Shown: positions 1 to 8,837 of the stretch, one piece after another
Position numbering within the stretch: position 1 is the stretch's first letter
Layout of the letters: the number at the start of each line of letters is the position of its first letter
IMG/VR virus record: IMGVR_UViG_3300022752_000028
Strand: one strand, 5' to 3'
Source of the DNA: an uncultured virus (IMG/VR IMGVR_UViG_3300022752_000028)
Taxonomy: Duplodnaviria; Heunggongvirae; Uroviricota; Caudoviricetes
DNA: 64,000 nucleotides
Notes under the pieces: model-generated
What the model was told of the DNA's origin: nothing
Seen by the model: only the letters and a program-made list of their open reading frames with translations
The model's database searches: none
Program-made: the position numbers and the translations under genes

Positions 1-129
1 GGGTCACGGATACATCGAGATCCTCTGCAACGACGGTACGCTCAAGACGGTCTTCTACGACGCTGTGGAAGCCGTCGAACCCGTGCAACAGAACGCAGCT
101 GTGGTATGATGGAGGGGCAAGGAGGCACA

Positions 130-405
130 ATGAGCCGGTTCCAAGCGGGTGAGCGAATTCTGGAAATCAAGGAGGAAATCATCGACCTTGTCCAGGAGGC
201 GATGGACCTCATGCGGTACGAGGGCACGGACACTGAGCGTGAGCGCGCTCGGGGCTACTGGTACGCCCACATCCGCACGGCCCTGGATGAGGACAGCGGA
301 TTCATGGGTCGGTCGATGTGCACGATGGAGGACTCCGCCCGTGAGCTGATGGCCGAAGAGGAGGATGAGGCGGAGGATGAGCTCCTCGATGAGGACGCCT
401 TCTAA
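130..405 (+). CDS. hypothetical protein with acidic C-terminus
   Basis: Element at 80, AAGGAGG, ATG 130. Confidence 0.8.
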   Translation: MSRFQAGERILEIKEEIIDLVQEAMDLMRYEGTDTERERARGYWYAHIRTALDEDSGFMGRSMCTMEDSARELMAEEEDEAEDELLDEDAF

Positions 406-435
406 ACCCGTGCGGGCAATCCAGACTGTGGTATA

Positions 436-460
436 GTGGCGTTGTGGTCACAACGACCAC
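436..460. repeat. Palindromic insert GTGGCGTTGTG-GT-CACAACGACCAC inside the -10 region (copy 1 of 3; others 1045-1069 and 22951-22972)
   Basis: Identical at 436 and 1045; 3 nt shorter at 22951; flanked by ATA on both sides. Confidence 0.9.
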
Positions 461-490
461 CATACTAACCAAGCCAACAAGGAGGGCACA

Positions 491-994
491 ATGAGCACGG
501 AACGCAAGAACTACTGGAAGATGTACCAGATCGTCAAGGGCAGCAATCTCGATGGGAGCGAATGCCGCGACCCTGACACTGTTCCACTTGAGGCATACCC
601 GGACACGCCCACGTTCAAGGCGGGCGACGTCGTCAAGCTCGATAAGGTGGCAATGCGCAAGTTCTCCGACGACGGGCGTGCGTCCGAGGGCAACTACGGC
701 TCGCGCTTCCTCACGCCCGAGGACCGGCTCCAGTATTGGAACGATCTCACCTCGTGGCATCGGAACGAAGCCAATGGCTCAACTGCCACGCTCGAGCAGC
801 TCCTGCACATGGCAGTGAACACGGTCGCGTACATAGGCGTGCACTGCAAGTTCGCTGACCGCTACACCGTGGTCGTGCCTGATTGCACGTACCTGGGCGA
901 CTGCTCCACGCCCCGTTGGGAATACTGCGAGGTGCGGAACAACAGCACGGGCGAGCAGTTCGTGATTGAACGCTGCTTCCTTACGCTGGCCTAA
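491..994 (+). CDS. hypothetical protein
   Basis: Element at 407, AAGGAGG, 167 aa ORF. Confidence 0.8.
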   Translation: MSTERKNYWKMYQIVKGSNLDGSECRDPDTVPLEAYPDTPTFKAGDVVKLDKVAMRKFSDDGRASEGNYGSRFLTPEDRLQYWNDLTSWHRNEANGSTATLEQLLHMAVNTVAYIGVHCKFADRYTVVVPDCTYLGDCSTPRWEYCEVRNNSTGEQFVIERCFLTLA

Positions 995-1100
995 CCAAAG
1001 CCCGGGTGTAGGGGTCCCGTGCGGCCCCTGCACCTTGTGGTATAGTGGCGTTGTGGTCACAACGACCACCATACTGACCCAACCAACAGGGGAGGCCAAG

Positions 1101-1712
1101 ATGGCGAAGAAGGCGGCTGAGATCATCAACGGTTACAAGGTGCCCGGAGGTCGCGGAGGTGCTGCCGTGGCGAAGGCCTGCCAGCTGATCATCAAGCATC
1201 CGGGCATCAAGCAGGGGGATCTCCTGGCGGCTGTGACCCGGTGGTCGTATCTGAACCACTCCACGGCAAGCTGGATCACGTCTCCGGGCTCGAAGTCACC
1301 GGCGGGGCTCCTCTGGTCCCGACAGAAGGTGGGGCGGTCGTTCGGATGCTTTCCCAATGAGCACACCCACCTCCTCGGAGATCCGCGGATCCGTCTCCGT
1401 GAGCAAGTCCTCAAGGACTTCAGCGTTGACTGGAAGGCGGCAGGTTCTCCCGTCCCAGGTGACCTCATCAGTTACTTCCGGCCCCGATGGGATGAGAACT
1501 CTACTCAGGAAGTGGAGATGGGGCTGATGACCGGGTTCGTCAAGACGTTCTATAACGGTGCCACCTACAAGGATGAACTTCTCTCCAGCTTGGATGGCCT
1601 GGACGACCTGGACAACTTCACGGATGGCAGCTTCTGGATCACTCCGCAGCTCAGCCTTGAAGGTCGGCTTCAGGCCATTCCCATCCACACGATCCGTAAG
1701 GAGGCAGCATGA
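1101..1712 (+). CDS. hypothetical protein
   Basis: Element at 1016, GGAGG, ATG 1101. Confidence 0.8.
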   Translation: MAKKAAEIINGYKVPGGRGGAAVAKACQLIIKHPGIKQGDLLAAVTRWSYLNHSTASWITSPGSKSPAGLLWSRQKVGRSFGCFPNEHTHLLGDPRIRLREQVLKDFSVDWKAAGSPVPGDLISYFRPRWDENSTQEVEMGLMTGFVKTFYNGATYKDELLSSLDGLDDLDNFTDGSFWITPQLSLEGRLQAIPIHTIRKEAA

Positions 1713-1993
1713 AAAACCCACATCGTCCGTCGTCCCTCACCGTCATGGGCGTGGCGGACATCATCCTGGGCCCGATCGCAGCGGAGAAGGGCTTCGAGAT
1801 CGGCTTCAATCCCGTCCCCTCCGGCGATGCACTCCTCGAGGTCGACTGGCCGGACACTCACGTCCTCACGGACGAGGAGCTGACGACCTTCAGCAAGGCG
1901 GCGAGCAAGATGCTGGGGGTGAAGGTGGAGCTCCAGAAGATCCTCGGTGGCTACGACATCGTGCCCGTGCGGGAGGCCACACCCGTGGTATGA
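1709..1993 (+). CDS. hypothetical protein
   Basis: AAGGAGG and ATGA overlap with the upstream gene. Confidence 0.75.
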   Translation: MKNPHRPSSLTVMGVADIILGPIAAEKGFEIGFNPVPSGDALLEVDWPDTHVLTDEELTTFSKAASKMLGVKVELQKILGGYDIVPVREATPVV

Positions 1994-2013
1994 TAGGGTC
2001 ACGGAGGTGATCG

Positions 2014-2358
2014 ATGATCAAGGTCTGTCGTCACTGTGAGGATGAGTTCGAGACCACGTCGCGGGCGAAGCAGATCGCCGGTGGCAAGATCGATGAGTGT
2101 CCTGACTGCTCTGAGGAATCGGGCGAGGTCTACGTCGGTCTGACTGCTGGTGACGGAAAGGTGGGCGAGTGCACGATCATGGCCTTCAAGGACCCGAAGG
2201 CTGCGTCCCAGTACGTCAGCAACTGGCAACGGTCGACCGGGTACCACCGTGGTAAGTCCTGCCAGCTGGGTGGGACGACCTCGTTGGACATGTCCTACAC
2301 GGGTGCGCGGATGGTGGGACAGTTCGGTGGGAACGGGAACCACAAGGGCAAGGCGTAA
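2014..2358 (+). CDS. hypothetical protein with CxxC..CxxC zinc ribbon
   Basis: CRHC and CPDC motifs; GGAGGT RBS. Confidence 0.75.
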   Translation: MIKVCRHCEDEFETTSRAKQIAGGKIDECPDCSEESGEVYVGLTAGDGKVGECTIMAFKDPKAASQYVSNWQRSTGYHRGKSCQLGGTTSLDMSYTGARMVGQFGGNGNHKGKA

Positions 2359-2409
2359 GTCCCGTGCGGGCAGCCTAGATTGTGGTATACTAACAGCGTG
2401 GAGGCAACG

Positions 2410-3711
2410 ATGGCTAACAAGACGACTGATACGGGCATTCCTGGCTACAACACTGCGACGGACGCGGAGGTCGAGGCCTTCAGCCTGGATGCCTACTGCA
2501 TCCGGCTCCTCCTGACGGAGCCCTTCTTCGCGGAGGTCATGCGGAACATCACCAAGATCCGGGACGAGAAGATCTCCACGGCGGGTGTCACCTCCCGCGA
2601 CGGAGACCTCTACCTCTACTGGAACCCGAAGTTCTGTGCCTCCATGCCCGGTATGGAGATGATCGGGCTGCTGAAGCATGAGTGCTACCACCTCATCTTC
2701 CAGCACTGCACCACCCGTCGGATGGAGCCCCACAACGTCCACAACATGGCCACGGACCTCGCCATCAACAGCATCATCCCCTACGATGAGCTTCCCAAGT
2801 GCGGCCTCATTCCCGGCCATGCCCTGAGCTACGGACACGTCACGGACCCGGAGCAGCTCGCTCGACTCAAGAAGCTGTCCGACATCATCCAGAACGCCCC
2901 GGTCGGCAAGTCGGCTGACTGGTACTTCAGCTACCTCCTGGAAGAGATGCCGGAGCTGGCTGACGGTGGTGACGGCGAAGGGGAAGGCGGCATCGGTATG
3001 GATGAGCACGAGGGCTGGGGTGAGATGTCTGACGAGGAGCGGGCAGTCATCAACGGCAAGGTCAAGGAGGCGGTCGGACGGGCGGTCAAGCAGTGCGATC
3101 GGAACGGCCAGTGGGGTTCCGTCTCTGCGGAGATGCGTGAGACCCTCCGGAAGATGGTCGAGGATTCGGTCGACTGGAAGCGAGTTCTCCAGAACTTCGT
3201 CGGAACCTCGCAGCGACTGAACAAGTCCTCCACCCTCCGCAAGCTGAACCGGAAGTACCCCTACATCCACCCCGGTGTTCAGCGGAGCCACACGGCACAT
3301 GTCCTGGTCGCGGTGGATATGTCTGGCTCGGTTGGCGACTCCGACCTCGAGCGGATCTATGCAGTCCTCGGAGGAATGGCCAAGCGGGTATCCTTCACGT
3401 TCCTTCCGTTCGACTACACTGTGGACGAAGCGAACATGTTCGAGTGGAAGAAGGGGCAGAAGAAGCCGCCTGTCCGCTTCCGTTCCGGCGGAACCTCCTT
3501 CATTGCGGTCAATGAGTTCGTCAAGAAGCACCGCTCCGAGTATGACGGAGTCATCATCTGCACGGACGGTGAGGCGGAGGACCCCGGTCCCAGTCCGATC
3601 AAGCGGGCCTGGCTCCTTGTCCCGGACACGAAGCTCCTCTTCAATGCCCACAACGGAGACATCGTCGTCAAGATGGACAAGGATCCGAACAAGAAGGCCC
3701 AGGCGGCTTGA
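2410..3711 (+). CDS. DUF2201-type protein: N-terminal putative metallopeptidase (HExxH) plus C-terminal VWA-like domain
   Basis: LKHECYHL, NMATDLAIN, VAVDMSGS (MIDAS), GGTSF, IICTDG. Confidence 0.85.
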   Translation: MANKTTDTGIPGYNTATDAEVEAFSLDAYCIRLLLTEPFFAEVMRNITKIRDEKISTAGVTSRDGDLYLYWNPKFCASMPGMEMIGLLKHECYHLIFQHCTTRRMEPHNVHNMATDLAINSIIPYDELPKCGLIPGHALSYGHVTDPEQLARLKKLSDIIQNAPVGKSADWYFSYLLEEMPELADGGDGEGEGGIGMDEHEGWGEMSDEERAVINGKVKEAVGRAVKQCDRNGQWGSVSAEMRETLRKMVEDSVDWKRVLQNFVGTSQRLNKSSTLRKLNRKYPYIHPGVQRSHTAHVLVAVDMSGSVGDSDLERIYAVLGGMAKRVSFTFLPFDYTVDEANMFEWKKGQKKPPVRFRSGGTSFIAVNEFVKKHRSEYDGVIICTDGEAEDPGPSPIKRAWLLVPDTKLLFNAHNGDIVVKMDKDPNKKAQAA

Positions 3712-3737
3712 ACCGCCTGGGCCCCTTGGGTATCAAC

Positions 3738-3977
3738 TCACTTGGCAGTTGATGTGTTGGTTGTGGCTGGGGCCACTGTGGCGTCGGTTGTCGCGGGTGC
3801 GGCAGCGGCGTCAGCAGCGGGGGTCTCAGTCGCAACAGGTGCTGCAGCAGCGGGTGCTGGGGCAGCCTCGACGGCAGGTGCTGGCTCGGCGGCGGGAGCG
3901 GTCTCCTCAGCCTTGTCAGCGCAGCCGGCGAGCAGTGCAGTGGCGAGAATGGCCGCTGCTGTCTGGATGCGTGTCAT
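3738..3977 (-). CDS. Ala/Pro/Thr-rich lipoprotein
   Basis: MTRIQTAAAILATALLAG-C lipobox; AAGGAGG RBS on minus strand. Confidence 0.8.
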   Translation of the reverse strand: MTRIQTAAAILATALLAGCADKAEETAPAAEPAPAVEAAPAPAAAAPVATETPAADAAAAPATTDATVAPATTNTSTAK

Positions 3978-4078
3978 GTTGTCCTCCTTCTGCAGTAAGT
4001 ATACTGAGCTCGAGGGAGGTTTATCGGTCCCGTGCGACAAAAGCGGGATGTGGTATGATGGAGGCATAAGGAGATAGG

Positions 4079-4375
4079 ATGTACACTCTGGTTCAGGAAG
4101 GTTTCAAGCCGCTCGCTGAGGTTGAGATGCAGCGCGTCGTCGACGCCGTTGACGGTTTCCTCAGTGCGGGGGATCAAGTCCGATTTGAGTCGCTGGCGGA
4201 CGACGTCATCACTCACGCCCTCAGGCCAGGCTGGCTGTCGATCTGCTCTCGAGTCCCCACCCGGCTGGAGATCATGTCCGCCTGCTGCCTCCTCGAGGGG
4301 CAGGGTCGACTCCGCTTCGACTTCATCGAGGGCCTCATGCACGTGGCGTCGGTCCCGTGCGGGCGCAGCGAGTAG
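4079..4375 (+). CDS. hypothetical protein
   Basis: Element at 4029, AAGGAG RBS. Confidence 0.7.
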   Translation: MYTLVQEGFKPLAEVEMQRVVDAVDGFLSAGDQVRFESLADDVITHALRPGWLSICSRVPTRLEIMSACCLLEGQGRLRFDFIEGLMHVASVPCGRSE

Positions 4376-4397
4376 TGGTAGAATAACAACACATTAA

Positions 4398-4441
4398 GAC
4401 CCTCATCAACCTGCTACGTGATATGTAGTAGATGAGGTGTC
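4398..4441 (+). promoter_or_regulatory. RBS-sequestering hairpin with putative late promoter GATATGTA at its loop
   Basis: 4398-4419 pairs with 4423-4441 and covers SD GAGGTG 4434-4439. Confidence 0.7.
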
Positions 4442-4443
4442 AA

Positions 4444-5043
4444 ATGCAAAGATTCTTCTTCATCTACAAGACGACGAACATCAAGACGGGGCAATACTAC
4501 ATTGGAAAGCACGTCACCAACAAGCTTGATGATGGCTATATCGGTAGCGGAACTAAGCTAAGATCGGCAATCAGAAAGCATGGGAAAGACTGCTTCAAAT
4601 TTGAGATTGTGACATTCTGTCATTCCAATGAGGAGCTTAATCTTCTTGAAGAACAGATTGTTACACAACAAATAGTTGATGATCCTTTGTCCTACAATCT
4701 GAAGATTGGCGGGCATGGTGGGTGGGATCACTGCCCATCAAAGGGAAGAAAGCTCTCAGAAGAGACACGAAGAAAGATGTCTGAGTCTCGCGCGGGCAAA
4801 CCCAGAGCAAAGCGAGGCCCAATGTCTGAAGAAGACAAGCAGTGGCGTTCTTTAGCACTAAAGGGACGTAGGAATCCAAAAGCTGCTGAACAGCTTAGAG
4901 AGTATTGGGACAGGATCAAATCTGATCCCGATGCTTTGGCAGAACTTAAAGAGCAGAGATCACGCCAGCAGAAAGACAGATTTGATTCTGATGAGTTCCG
5001 TGCTAAGCACTCAGCCGGTGTCGCTCGATCAAAGAAGACGTGA
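4444..5043 (+). CDS. GIY-YIG homing endonuclease with NUMOD3-like repeats
   Basis: FIYKTTN..YYIG, YIGSG, YNLKIGG, LSEETRRKMSES; AT-rich island in a GC-rich region. Confidence 0.9.
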   Translation: MQRFFFIYKTTNIKTGQYYIGKHVTNKLDDGYIGSGTKLRSAIRKHGKDCFKFEIVTFCHSNEELNLLEEQIVTQQIVDDPLSYNLKIGGHGGWDHCPSKGRKLSEETRRKMSESRAGKPRAKRGPMSEEDKQWRSLALKGRRNPKAAEQLREYWDRIKSDPDALAELKEQRSRQQKDRFDSDEFRAKHSAGVARSKKT

Positions 5044-5115
5044 CCCGTGCAGGCGGTGCAAACCGTGGTACAATAGACAGGTAACCAACCAAGACAACCA
5101 GCCAAGGAGTTCAAA

Positions 5116-6171
5116 GTGGACATTCGCACCGCCATCAACACGATCCCCGTTCTTCCCGCTGACATCTCGATCATGGTCCGTGGCCCCCACGGCATCGGCA
5201 AGTCCCAGATCTTCGCTCAGATCGCGGAGCGGCTCGGCCTCGAGCTGATCGACCGCCGTCTCAGCCAGATGACGGAAGGCGACCTCCTCGGCCTCCCGGA
5301 GCTCGTGGACGGTGTCACCCGGTTCTGTCCGCCGGACTGGTACATGTCTGCCTGCAAGGCTCCGAAGGTGGTCCTCCTGGACGAGTTCAACCGCGGAACT
5401 CCCGAGGTGCTGAACACGGCCATGCAGATCACCCTGGACCGTGAGCTCAACGGATGGAAGCTCCACCCGGAGACCCGCATCTACGCTGCGGTCAATGCCT
5501 CTGCTGAGTACTCGGTCAACGAGCTCGACCCGGCACAGGCCGACCGGTTCTGGACGATCGACCTCGAGCCTTCCAATGAGGACTGGCTCAACTGGGCAAG
5601 CTCCTCCGGCGTCGACTCGGTCATCATCGACTTCATCCGTCAGCACCCCGGTGAGCTCCGTCACAAGGGTCAGATGGAGCCCGGACGGGTCTACCCCTCT
5701 CAGCGGTCCTGGGATCGACTCGATCGCTCCCTGAAGGCGGCGCGGATGGCTCCGGCTGACGTGGCTGGCAACATCCCGGACGGGTTCTACCCGGTGTGCC
5801 TCGGATTTGTCGGGGTCGAGTCCGCCCTCAAGCTCCGCGACTTCGTCAAGAACTACGACTCGGTCATCTCGGCGGAGGACCTCCTCAAGAACTGGAAGAA
5901 GCTCAAGGGCAAGGTGCTGAAGCTCAACGCTGACAAGCAGAATGCCCTCCTGGAGAAGCTCCTCGACCACTGCAAGGGGAATACCTGGTCGGTGGACGAT
6001 GCGAAGGTCATCCAGGAACTCCTCGAGGGGATCTCCGGTGAGATGATGGTCAGCTTCTTCAACAAGGTGATGGAGACCAACCAGGTTGGCAACATCCGCA
6101 CGCTCCACAAGCTGATTGGCCCCACCCTGGTCAAGGCCATCAGCAACTCGGACGTGACCAAGAAGAAGTGA
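5116..6171 (+). CDS. MoxR/dynein-related AAA+ ATPase (AAA_5-like), likely partner of the DUF2201/VWA protein
   Basis: Walker A GPHGIGKS, Walker B VLLDEFNR, LDPAQADRF, SQRSW; GTG start with AAGGAG. Confidence 0.88.
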   Translation: MDIRTAINTIPVLPADISIMVRGPHGIGKSQIFAQIAERLGLELIDRRLSQMTEGDLLGLPELVDGVTRFCPPDWYMSACKAPKVVLLDEFNRGTPEVLNTAMQITLDRELNGWKLHPETRIYAAVNASAEYSVNELDPAQADRFWTIDLEPSNEDWLNWASSSGVDSVIIDFIRQHPGELRHKGQMEPGRVYPSQRSWDRLDRSLKAARMAPADVAGNIPDGFYPVCLGFVGVESALKLRDFVKNYDSVISAEDLLKNWKKLKGKVLKLNADKQNALLEKLLDHCKGNTWSVDDAKVIQELLEGISGEMMVSFFNKVMETNQVGNIRTLHKLIGPTLVKAISNSDVTKKK

Positions 6172-6400
6172 GGTTCCTGTGGAAGCTGCTGTCCGCCCCG
6201 CTCCGGCAGCTCCACTCCTTGGTTGGCAGGGCGCTCGAGGCCCAGAGCGGGGCACCTTCCCTTCAAGCGGTTCCCACAATTCACACGGAGCCACCTCAGA
6301 AGCTGACGGTGACTTCTGTGTGGGTTGCTTGGTAGGTAACCCATCTCGCGCAATAAAAGCGAACACAGAGCAACTGGCAGCTGTTTAACACGGGGCTGGC
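6172..6400 (+). ncRNA. Candidate structured RNA (pseudoknot plus multibranch stem), function unknown
   Basis: Stem 6179-6191/6204-6215; its loop 6195-6203 is complementary to 6245-6253; stem 6301-6321/6363-6382 encloses two hairpins. Confidence 0.45.
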
Positions 6401-6419
6401 TACATTGTACAATGATTGC

Positions 6420-6665
6420 ATGCGTTTATGCCAGCTCTACATCGTCACCGCCACAGGCTACTACACTGCCATCCAGGGTGCTCGGCCCGTCCAAGACCTT
6501 GAATTGCTTCATAGATTGATCCCCTACGTCGAGGCGCTGCGCCCAGGACGGGGTCGGTACTACGACCTGCACGTCGCGCACCTCACCGAGGACTGGATCC
6601 CGGACGACCTGTCGCACATAGCGATGGTCAAGCTGCAAGAGAAGTTGAAGGCTCAGCTCCCCTGA
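6420..6665 (+). CDS. hypothetical protein
   Basis: ORF ends immediately before the element at 6666. Confidence 0.55.
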   Translation: MRLCQLYIVTATGYYTAIQGARPVQDLELLHRLIPYVEALRPGRGRYYDLHVAHLTEDWIPDDLSHIAMVKLQEKLKAQLP

Positions 6666-6702
6666 CCCGTGCGCATCCCACGCACAGAGGTAGAATGAGA
6701 CC

Positions 6703-7068
6703 ATGCGACGCTCCAACAAACTCAAGGTTCCTCCCGCGGTCCGACAGGCCGCTCGTCAGGTCGCCAAGCAGGAGGGCATCAAGGGCCTGGGGAAACCCAA
6801 GCTCCAGATGACCGACGGGGTGGCGGCTGCCAAGATGCGCGAGCAGTTCCGCGAGCAGAAGCGGACCAAGTGGCGCTGGCAGGAGGGGGACATGGTCCGC
6901 TTCCGGGACATCCACCTGGGTGAGACCCTGATGGGCATGGTGATCTCAGTGGACGAAGCCTACGAGGCACTGACGGTGACCTGCCCGGTCGGCATCCGTG
7001 TGATCGGATGCAAGGCAGCGAAGCTGGTCGATCGACTCGACGACCCGTGCGAAGACCCGAGTGAGTGA
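6703..7068 (+). CDS. hypothetical protein (KOW/SH3-like GDxV motif), probably leaderless
   Basis: ATG 6 nt after TAGAAT, no SD. Confidence 0.7.
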   Translation: MRRSNKLKVPPAVRQAARQVAKQEGIKGLGKPKLQMTDGVAAAKMREQFREQKRTKWRWQEGDMVRFRDIHLGETLMGMVISVDEAYEALTVTCPVGIRVIGCKAAKLVDRLDDPCEDPSE

Positions 7069-7099
7069 TATACTAACCAAGCCAACCAAGGAGGCAATC

Positions 7100-7348
7100 A
7101 TGGCTCTCATCATCACCCGACCCACCCAGTCCACCACCTTCAACGACGGCACCGGTCGCAATGCGATCCTCCGGAACGACAGTGGCCAGCACTTCCTGGT
7201 CTCGGAGGTGCACCGCACCCCGGCTCCGGGTCACCGCATCGACGAGACCCTGGTCTTCCCCTGCACGGCGGAGGGAGATGTGACCGACTGGTGTGAGGTG
7301 TGGAGTGGCAATTCCGTCGAGGACGTCCTCAGCACCTTCAACGGCTGA
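7100..7348 (+). CDS. hypothetical protein
   Basis: Element at 7044, AAGGAGG. Confidence 0.75.
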   Translation: MALIITRPTQSTTFNDGTGRNAILRNDSGQHFLVSEVHRTPAPGHRIDETLVFPCTAEGDVTDWCEVWSGNSVEDVLSTFNG

Positions 7349-7360
7349 AAGGGAGGCATC

Positions 7361-7582
7361 ATGGCCGACACTACCGCACTCCTCGCCACGGCACTCGAGA
7401 ACGAGGGTGCGCTCCTGCTCAAGCTGATCAGTGAACTCCAGAATGAGGATCTCTTCGACTTTGCGCGGAGGATCGCTGAGCTGAACCCCAAAGCCGGGAG
7501 CAGTTCAACTGATGAGATCCTCTATGTTGCGCACAATATCAAGAACATCGAGGCTGCGCTGGAGAACTTCTACGCTGTCTGA
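7361..7582 (+). CDS. hypothetical protein
   Basis: GGAGG RBS. Confidence 0.7.
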   Translation: MADTTALLATALENEGALLLKLISELQNEDLFDFARRIAELNPKAGSSSTDEILYVAHNIKNIEAALENFYAV

Positions 7583-7633
7583 CCCGTGCGCTGCACCCAA
7601 CCTGTGGTAGAATAACGAGGCAAGGAGGATAGA

Positions 7634-7978
7634 ATGGCAACACGGAGCGTGATCGGCTACATTCAGGAGGACGGCTCTTTCCTGGGTGTCTACGCGCACT
7701 ACGACGGTTATCCCAGTGGTGTGGGCTCGAACCTGCTGAAGATGAACCCTGACGACATCAAGACCATGGTGACGGCAGGCATCATGAAGGGCGGCATCCG
7801 TGCCATCAACAGCCCCGATCTGGCCGAGGTGGAATACTTCGAAGAGCACTGGCCCGAGGCGTGCCGGACCCAACTCCCGGGCGGTGAGGAGTACGACTAC
7901 ATCCTCGACACGGACGGCAGCCTGACCTGCACTGACAGCCAGGGGAACGACATTCCTCAGGACCAGTGGCGTCGCTGA
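7634..7978 (+). CDS. phage hypothetical protein (MxTRSxIG...YxHxDGYP type)
   Basis: Element at 7583, AAGGAGG; motif pattern recurrent in phages. Confidence 0.8.
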   Translation: MATRSVIGYIQEDGSFLGVYAHYDGYPSGVGSNLLKMNPDDIKTMVTAGIMKGGIRAINSPDLAEVEYFEEHWPEACRTQLPGGEEYDYILDTDGSLTCTDSQGNDIPQDQWRR

Positions 7979-8035
7979 CCCGTGCGGGTCGACCAAACAG
8001 TGGTAGAATAACCAAGCCAACCAAGGAGTTCAATC

Positions 8036-8782
8036 ATGCGTATCAAGGTTCAGGACGGTTTCGAGTGGGGCACCTCTCTCCAGGACATCGTGGTTCCGGA
8101 GGGCCTCCGCAACAAGCTCCCCTCGGGTGTGGACTACATCGACTCCGCCCTGGGTGGGGAAGGTTTCACCCCGTCCGCAGTCACCCTGTTTACGGGTGAG
8201 GCTGGTGCCGGAAAGACCACGATGACCCTGACGCTGGCTGACCAGCTGGCCCGTGCCGGAAACACGGTGGTCTTCAACACGGGTGAGGAAAGCCTCCTCC
8301 AGGTCAAGATGACCGCGGATCGGCTCGGACTCCTCGGGGCTTTCAAGGTGGGCGGAGAGATCCACGTTCCGACCCTCCTCAAGAAGTGCGATGCCCTCCG
8401 CAATTCCCCGAAGTGCAAGGGCAAGCCGTTCTTCCTGTTCATCGACTCCCTCCAGTGCATGGACGACGGTCACTACCCGGACGGGCAGACCAACTCCAAG
8501 TCTGCGGAACGTGCTCTGGCCATGTTCACGGATTGGGCGAAGGCCAACTACACCAATCCGGTCGTGATCGGACAGGTCACCAAGTCGGGCAACTTCCAGG
8601 GCTCCAATACCCTGAAGCATATGGTGGACTCGCACATTCACCTCTCCGTGGAACGTAAGGACCCGGACCTGGCTGGCTGTCGAATCCTCGAGACTTCCAA
8701 GAACCGCTTTGGCAGTTCGGGCATGAAGCAGATCATGGCAATGACTGATGGTGGCTTCAAGATGATCGGACAGACCATGTGA
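8036..8782 (+). CDS. radA: RadA/Sms-like RecA-fold ATPase, ATPase domain only
   Basis: GEAGAGKTT, TGEES, FIDSLQ, GQVTKSG, LKHMVD, SKNRFG signature; lacks the N-terminal zinc finger and the Lon-like C-terminal domain. Confidence 0.85.
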   Translation: MRIKVQDGFEWGTSLQDIVVPEGLRNKLPSGVDYIDSALGGEGFTPSAVTLFTGEAGAGKTTMTLTLADQLARAGNTVVFNTGEESLLQVKMTADRLGLLGAFKVGGEIHVPTLLKKCDALRNSPKCKGKPFFLFIDSLQCMDDGHYPDGQTNSKSAERALAMFTDWAKANYTNPVVIGQVTKSGNFQGSNTLKHMVDSHIHLSVERKDPDLAGCRILETSKNRFGSSGMKQIMAMTDGGFKMIGQTM

Positions 8783-8837
8783 GGAGCCCGTGCGAGCGGG
8801 GTTCGATGTGGTACAATAAGCAGGTAAGGAGGTAACA

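Noticed and set aside
6172..6400. Bona fide tmRNA (ssrA) gene
   Set aside because: No recognisable T-arm or CCA end, and the acceptor-like strands are not ordered as in standard or permuted tmRNA; kept only as an unclassified RNA candidate.
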